The notes beneath the pieces were generated by a model. The model ran no database searches. It was not told the DNA's origin and saw nothing but the letters and a program-made list of their open reading frames with translations. The translations under genes were made by a program, and so were the position numbers. A DNA stretch of 64,000 nt from an uncultured Candidatus Rokubacteria bacterium (GTDB taxonomy: Bacteria > Methylomirabilota > Methylomirabilia > Rokubacteriales > DASRDR01). This document shows, one piece after another, positions 59,435-64,000 of the stretch (position 1 is its first letter; each line of letters begins with the position of its first letter). Location of the stretch: assembly GCA_963805625.1 (NCBI GenBank), contig CAWDVE010000019.1:32001-96000 (forward strand), read 5' to 3'.

Positions 59435-60448
59435 TCAGCGCCCGTGGACCCGGCTCGCCTTGGCCAGGATGTCCTGCGGGATCGTCAGTCCCGCCGCGGC
59501 CGCGGAGGCCACGTTGACCTGGAGCTCGAACACGCGCGGCCGGATGGGGGCCAGCTTGGCCGGATCCGCCCCGAGCAGGATCGGCGCCGCCAGCTGGGCG
59601 GCCCAGAGCATGCCCTGCGCGTACTGGCCGGCTGCCAGGGACGCCACCGCGCCGCGGGCCGGGGCCTGGGGGTCCATGGAGAAGATCGGCAGCTTACCAT
59701 CCTGCGCCGTCTTGACCACGGCCTCAAACGCCGAGGCGACGGTGTTGTCCTGACCCAGGACGAAGGCGTCGACCTTGCCGAGCAGCGACTCGGCCGTCGT
59801 CTTGACATCCGCGCTCCCCGCCACCGTCGCCTCCACCCACTTGATCCCGCGGCGCTCCGCCTCGGCCTTGGCCTGGCGATTGATGGTCACCGAGTTCGAC
59901 TCGGAGGCGTTGTAGATGGCGCCGGCGGTCTTGAGTCCCGGCTGGATCCGAAGGAACAGGTCGAACAGCTCGGCGATCGGGAGCGGGTTGTAGAGGCCCG
60001 TCACGTTGGTCCCCGACGGCCGCTCGACGCTCTCCAGGATGCCGGCCGAGACCGGGTCCGTCACGCAGCCGAAGGCGACGGGGATCTTCCCGCCCTTGGC
60101 GACCCGCACCGTGGCCTGGGCATTCGGCGTGGTGCAGGGCGCGAGGAGGTCGACCGCGTCGGCCACGAACTTCTCCGCGATGTTGCGCGCGTTGCCGACG
60201 TCTCCCTGCGCGCTCTGATAGAGGAAGACCAGGTTCTTCCCGTCCTCGAACCCGGCTTGCTTGAGGCCGTCCACGAAGCCCCGGCGGGTCTCGTTGAGCG
60301 CGGGGTGGTCCACGATCTGGGAGAAGCCGACCTTGTAGACCCGGCCGGGCTGCGGGCCCGTCACCTGGCCGAAGGCGGGGGGGACCGCGAGCGCGAGCGC
60401 CGCCGACAGCGTCCACAGGAGCGTGACTGTCCTCGTCCACGATCGCAT
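59435..60448 (-). CDS. ABC transporter substrate-binding protein (Trp/Tyr-type)
   Basis: Signal peptide; QIVDHPAL, AQGD, TTPNAQ, VTDP, YNASESNS. Confidence 0.9.
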   Translation of the reverse strand: MRSWTRTVTLLWTLSAALALAVPPAFGQVTGPQPGRVYKVGFSQIVDHPALNETRRGFVDGLKQAGFEDGKNLVFLYQSAQGDVGNARNIAEKFVADAVDLLAPCTTPNAQATVRVAKGGKIPVAFGCVTDPVSAGILESVERPSGTNVTGLYNPLPIAELFDLFLRIQPGLKTAGAIYNASESNSVTINRQAKAEAERRGIKWVEATVAGSADVKTTAESLLGKVDAFVLGQDNTVASAFEAVVKTAQDGKLPIFSMDPQAPARGAVASLAAGQYAQGMLWAAQLAAPILLGADPAKLAPIRPRVFELQVNVASAAAAGLTIPQDILAKASRVHGR

Positions 60449-60461
60449 CCGATTCTCCTTC

Positions 60462-61259
60462 TCAGCGTGTGAGCAGCATCCGGTCGACCGACAGCTCTGC
60501 GCCACTAGCTTCGTAGAACTTCGCCACCAGCGTCGCCGCGGTCAGACGTGTCTTGTCGTCGCCCGCGACGTCCAGGATCACCCTGCCCTCGTGCATCATC
60601 ACCAGCCGGCTCCCCCACCGCATCGCCTCGTGCATGTTGTGGGTCACCATCAGCGTCGTGAGGCGACCCTCGGCAACCAGCCGCGCCGTCAGCTGCATGA
60701 CCGCCTCCGCCGTCCTGGGGTCGAGGCTCGCGAGGTGCTCGTCGAGCAGGAGCACCTTGGGCTGCCCCAGGGTCGCCATCAGGAGCGCGAGAGCCTGGCG
60801 CTGGCCGCCCGACAGGGTTCCGACCCGTGCGCCGAGACGTCCCTCGAGACCGAGGCCCACGTCGGCGAGTCGGCGGCGAAACACCGTCCGGCGCGTTTCG
60901 GTGACCGCGCGGCGGAGACCCCGCGACCGACCGCGGCATGCGGCCATGGCCAGGTTCTCCTCGATGGTCATCCCGGCACACGTGCTCTCCTGCGGATCCT
61001 GCGCGATGCGCCCGACCGCCTGCGCCCGGGCATGGGCCGCCTCGCGCGTCACGTCGCGGCCGTCGAGCTCCACGCGACCGGCGTCGGGGGTGACGAGGCC
61101 GACCACCGTCTTGAGGAGCGTCGACTTCCCGGCCCCGTTGGAGCCGATGAGCGTTACGAACTCTCCCGCGCGCACGTCCACGCTGATACCGGCCAGCGCG
61201 GTCACCTCGTTCGCCGTGCCCTGCCCGTAGGTCTTCGTCACGCCGACCAGCCGCAGCAC
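60462..61259 (-). CDS. ABC transporter ATP-binding protein
   Basis: GSNGAGKS, LSGGQRQ, LLLDEH, VTH. Confidence 0.93.
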   Translation of the reverse strand: MLRLVGVTKTYGQGTANEVTALAGISVDVRAGEFVTLIGSNGAGKSTLLKTVVGLVTPDAGRVELDGRDVTREAAHARAQAVGRIAQDPQESTCAGMTIEENLAMAACRGRSRGLRRAVTETRRTVFRRRLADVGLGLEGRLGARVGTLSGGQRQALALLMATLGQPKVLLLDEHLASLDPRTAEAVMQLTARLVAEGRLTTLMVTHNMHEAMRWGSRLVMMHEGRVILDVAGDDKTRLTAATLVAKFYEASGAELSVDRMLLTR

Positions 61260-61272
61260 GGCCGCCCCTCTC

Positions 61273-62196
61273 CTACCGGCTGGCCACCGTGAAGCGGAGC
61301 CGCGGCAGCATCAGGGCGAGGAGCAGGAGGGCCGCGGTCACCAGCCGGAGGTCGGTCGGCTGGAGTCCGATCCGGAGGGCCAGCGCCACCAGGAAGCGGT
61401 AGATCACCACACCCACGATCGCGGCTACGATCCACCAGCCGACGGTGCGGTCGCCGAAGATCGCCTCGCCGATGAGGACGGCCGCCGCGCCCGTCACCAG
61501 CACCCCGATCCCCATGCCGATGTCGGCGAACCCGTGGTTCTGGGCGACCAGCGCGCCCGAGAGCGCGATCACCGCGTTCGAGATGGCGAGCCCCAGGACC
61601 TTCGTCCGGTCGGTGTCCACCCCGAGCCCTCGGATCATCGCCTCGTTCTCGCCCGTCGCTCGGACCGCGAGCCCGAGGTCCGTCCGGAAGAAGGCGCCGA
61701 GCGCGCAGGCGACGGCGACGAGGACGACGACCAGCACGAGAATGGTCGCGAGCGGGCCGGCCCGAAGCGGGAGGCCGAGCGCAGCCAGAGCGGCGACGGC
61801 GTCGTCGAACACGGAGCCGGTCGCGAGGAGCGGCGTGTTCGAGCGGCCCATGACGCGCAGATTCACCGAGTAGATCGCGGTCATCACGATGATGCCCGCG
61901 ATGATGTTGTTGATCCGGAGCTTCGTGTGGACGAGCCCGGTGATCGCGCCCGCGGCCGCCCCGGCCAGCGTGGCGACGCCAGTCGCGACGAAGGGGTTGA
62001 CACGCCCGACGAGCAGCGCCGCCACGACCGCCCCGCCGAGCGGATAGCTTCCCTCGGCCGTGAGATCGGGAAACCGGAAGAACCGGAACGAGATGAGCAC
62101 CCCGAGGCCGAGGAAGGCGAAGAGACACCCTTGCTCGAGCATGTTGACCACGAGCGAGGAAACCTGGGGCGAGCTCAGCCAGCCGATGATCGCCAA
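61273..62196 (-). CDS. ABC transporter permease
   Basis: FPDLTAEGSYPLG, RATGEN, FADIGMG; start uncertain. Confidence 0.9.
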   Translation of the reverse strand: MAIIGWLSSPQVSSLVVNMLEQGCLFAFLGLGVLISFRFFRFPDLTAEGSYPLGGAVVAALLVGRVNPFVATGVATLAGAAAGAITGLVHTKLRINNIIAGIIVMTAIYSVNLRVMGRSNTPLLATGSVFDDAVAALAALGLPLRAGPLATILVLVVVLVAVACALGAFFRTDLGLAVRATGENEAMIRGLGVDTDRTKVLGLAISNAVIALSGALVAQNHGFADIGMGIGVLVTGAAAVLIGEAIFGDRTVGWWIVAAIVGVVIYRFLVALALRIGLQPTDLRLVTAALLLLALMLPRLRFTVASR

Positions 62197-62380
62197 CTCC
62201 TCCCGGGTCTCACTGCCGGCGGGTAACGTCGGAGGCGCGCTGCTCGAGCAGCGGGGAATGCCGGCGCGCATGCGGCGGCAGTATACTGGCGGCGTTCCGA
62301 CGAAGGCAACCGGCTTCCGGGGTCCACCGGCGCGCCCCCGGAGGGGCCAACCCGACCCGTCCGCATCGTCGAGGAGGCTC

Positions 62381-63706
62381 ATGCAGGCCGATCTCCGCGC
62401 GTTCCTCGACGTCCTCGACCGGCACGGCCGGCTCGTCCGGCTGCCACGAACGGTCCATCCCCACACCGAGCTCGGCGCGCTCGTGATCGAGGCCGAGCGG
62501 CGTGGCCAGGCCGTCCTGTTCGAGTCGGTGCAGGGCTCGGCGATGCGGGTGGCCGCCAACCTCGCGGGCGACCGGACGATGCTGGCCCTCGCCCTCGGCG
62601 TCGAGCCGGGCGAGGCCGTCCCGGCGTTCCTCGAGCGGAGCCGCCGCCGGATCCCGCCGGCCCTCATGGGAGAGGCGCCGGTCCAGGACGTCGTCCTGAC
62701 CGGCCAGGAGGTGGATGTCCGGCGCCTCCCGCTCGTGGTGCTCTCCGAGCACGACGCGGCGCCCTACTCGACCGCCGGGCTCGTCATCGCGAAGGATCCC
62801 GATACGGGGATCCGCAACGTGTCGTTCAACCGCATGATGCTGCGGAACCGTGACGAGTTCGGGATCCGCATGATGGCGCCCCAGCACCTCGGACAGATCT
62901 ACGACCGCACCACGGCGCGGGGCCGGGCCTTGCCGGTCGCGGTGGCCATCGGAAATCATCCGATCGAGCTCGTCGCCGGGGCCACGACCATCGCCTACGG
63001 CGACGACGAGCTCGCCCTCGCCGGCGCGCTCCGCGGGGAGCCGCTCGAGATCGCCCGGGGCGTGACCGTCGACGTGGAGGTGCCGGCCCGCGCCGAGATC
63101 GTCCTCGAGGGGGAGATCCTGCGGGGCGTGCTCGAGCCGGAGGGCCCGTTCGGCGACTTCATGCAGTTCTACATCCCGGTCACGCCGAACCACGTGATGC
63201 GGGTGACCGCCGTTACCCACCGGCGCGATCCGATCTTCCAGACCATGCACGCCGGCCAGGCCGAGGACACGACACTCCTGGCCATCTCGCGCGAGGCTCA
63301 GCTCTACGAGGCGATCGCCGCAGCCGGCGTCGACGTCCGGGAGGTGAGCCTCACGCCGACCATCCTCGGAGGCGCCATCGCGATCCGGAAGCGCTTTGAG
63401 GGCGAGCCGAAGCAGGTGATGGCCGCCGCGTTCGGCCGCTACCGTTGGCTCAAGGTCTGCGTGGTCGTCGACGACGACGTGAACGTGTTCGACACGGGCG
63501 ACGTCGCCTGGGCGGTCGCGACCCGGGCGCGACTCGCCTCGGGCCTCCTCCACGTGCCCGACGCGCCCGGCCTCCCCCGTGACCCTCACGGGATGCACGC
63601 CGGCAAGCTCGGGATCGACGCCACGATCCCGCTCGGCACGTGGGCCGAGCACGCAAGGAAGCGCGCGCCCGGGCTCGGGCGCGTCCGCCTCGACGATTTC
63701 CGGTAG
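62381..63706 (+). CDS. UbiD family (prFMN-dependent) decarboxylase
   Basis: DLRAFLDVL, RNVSFNR, AEIVLEG, EGPFGD, VVVDDDV, KLGIDAT; RBS GAGGAGG. Confidence 0.92.
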   Translation: MQADLRAFLDVLDRHGRLVRLPRTVHPHTELGALVIEAERRGQAVLFESVQGSAMRVAANLAGDRTMLALALGVEPGEAVPAFLERSRRRIPPALMGEAPVQDVVLTGQEVDVRRLPLVVLSEHDAAPYSTAGLVIAKDPDTGIRNVSFNRMMLRNRDEFGIRMMAPQHLGQIYDRTTARGRALPVAVAIGNHPIELVAGATTIAYGDDELALAGALRGEPLEIARGVTVDVEVPARAEIVLEGEILRGVLEPEGPFGDFMQFYIPVTPNHVMRVTAVTHRRDPIFQTMHAGQAEDTTLLAISREAQLYEAIAAAGVDVREVSLTPTILGGAIAIRKRFEGEPKQVMAAAFGRYRWLKVCVVVDDDVNVFDTGDVAWAVATRARLASGLLHVPDAPGLPRDPHGMHAGKLGIDATIPLGTWAEHARKRAPGLGRVRLDDFR

Positions 63707-64000
63707 GGGTGGCCTACGGGTGACGCGGGTCGGCTAGGTCGACGCCCGCATGCGCTCGATCGAGCAGGGGCCGGCCGTGCGTGCCGCCCTCGCGCTCCAG
63801 CGCAGGGTGCCGGTGCAACGCGCGCCCGCGTCTCGGTGTTGCCCGCGGCGGCCCCCGCTGTTTGCCCGCCGACCCGAAGGGCCGTCCGGACCCGCCCGCC
63901 GCGTCATCCTCGTGCCAGGCCCGCGGCGCTATGGTGGGCACCGGCCGGCCGGGGAGGCGCCCAGGGCGGGGAGCCGAAGGCGCGCGATGACCAAGAAGAG

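Noticed and set aside
63987-64000. ATG start of a gene following ubiD
   Set aside because: Only four codons are visible, so it cannot be called.

Overview
GC-rich bacterial window. The gene content (repeated ABC_sub_bind-type binding proteins, small Cys-rich proteins) resembles Rokubacteria/Methylomirabilota, but this is an inference. It is an accessory region of about 50 intact CDSs (stress, DNA repair, transport, redox) interleaved with about 15 gene fragments or chimeras and two tRNA 3'-half (att-like) remnants. The main hidden signal is two genes about 6 kb apart that the ORF track splits at an in-frame TGA. Each TGA sits where homologues carry Cys and is followed about 20 nt later by a bacterial SECIS-like hairpin. 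One gene is a persulfide-dioxygenase-like MBL-fold protein (23211-23942, UGA at codon 20), divergent from a CysL-like LysR regulator and followed by an MFS transporter. The other is a secreted, Cys-free peroxiredoxin (28862-29422) coupled to a TlpA reductase. Together they suggest a selenoprotein sulfur/selenium redox locus. Other notable items are several sigma-54 promoter motifs, a membrane protein with a 3x Cys/His repeat and a catalytically dead trypsin domain, a PolX with an altered active site, and a diverged Ku fragment 37.7 kb from the intact ku gene. No rRNA, intact tRNA, CRISPR array or selABCD genes were seen.
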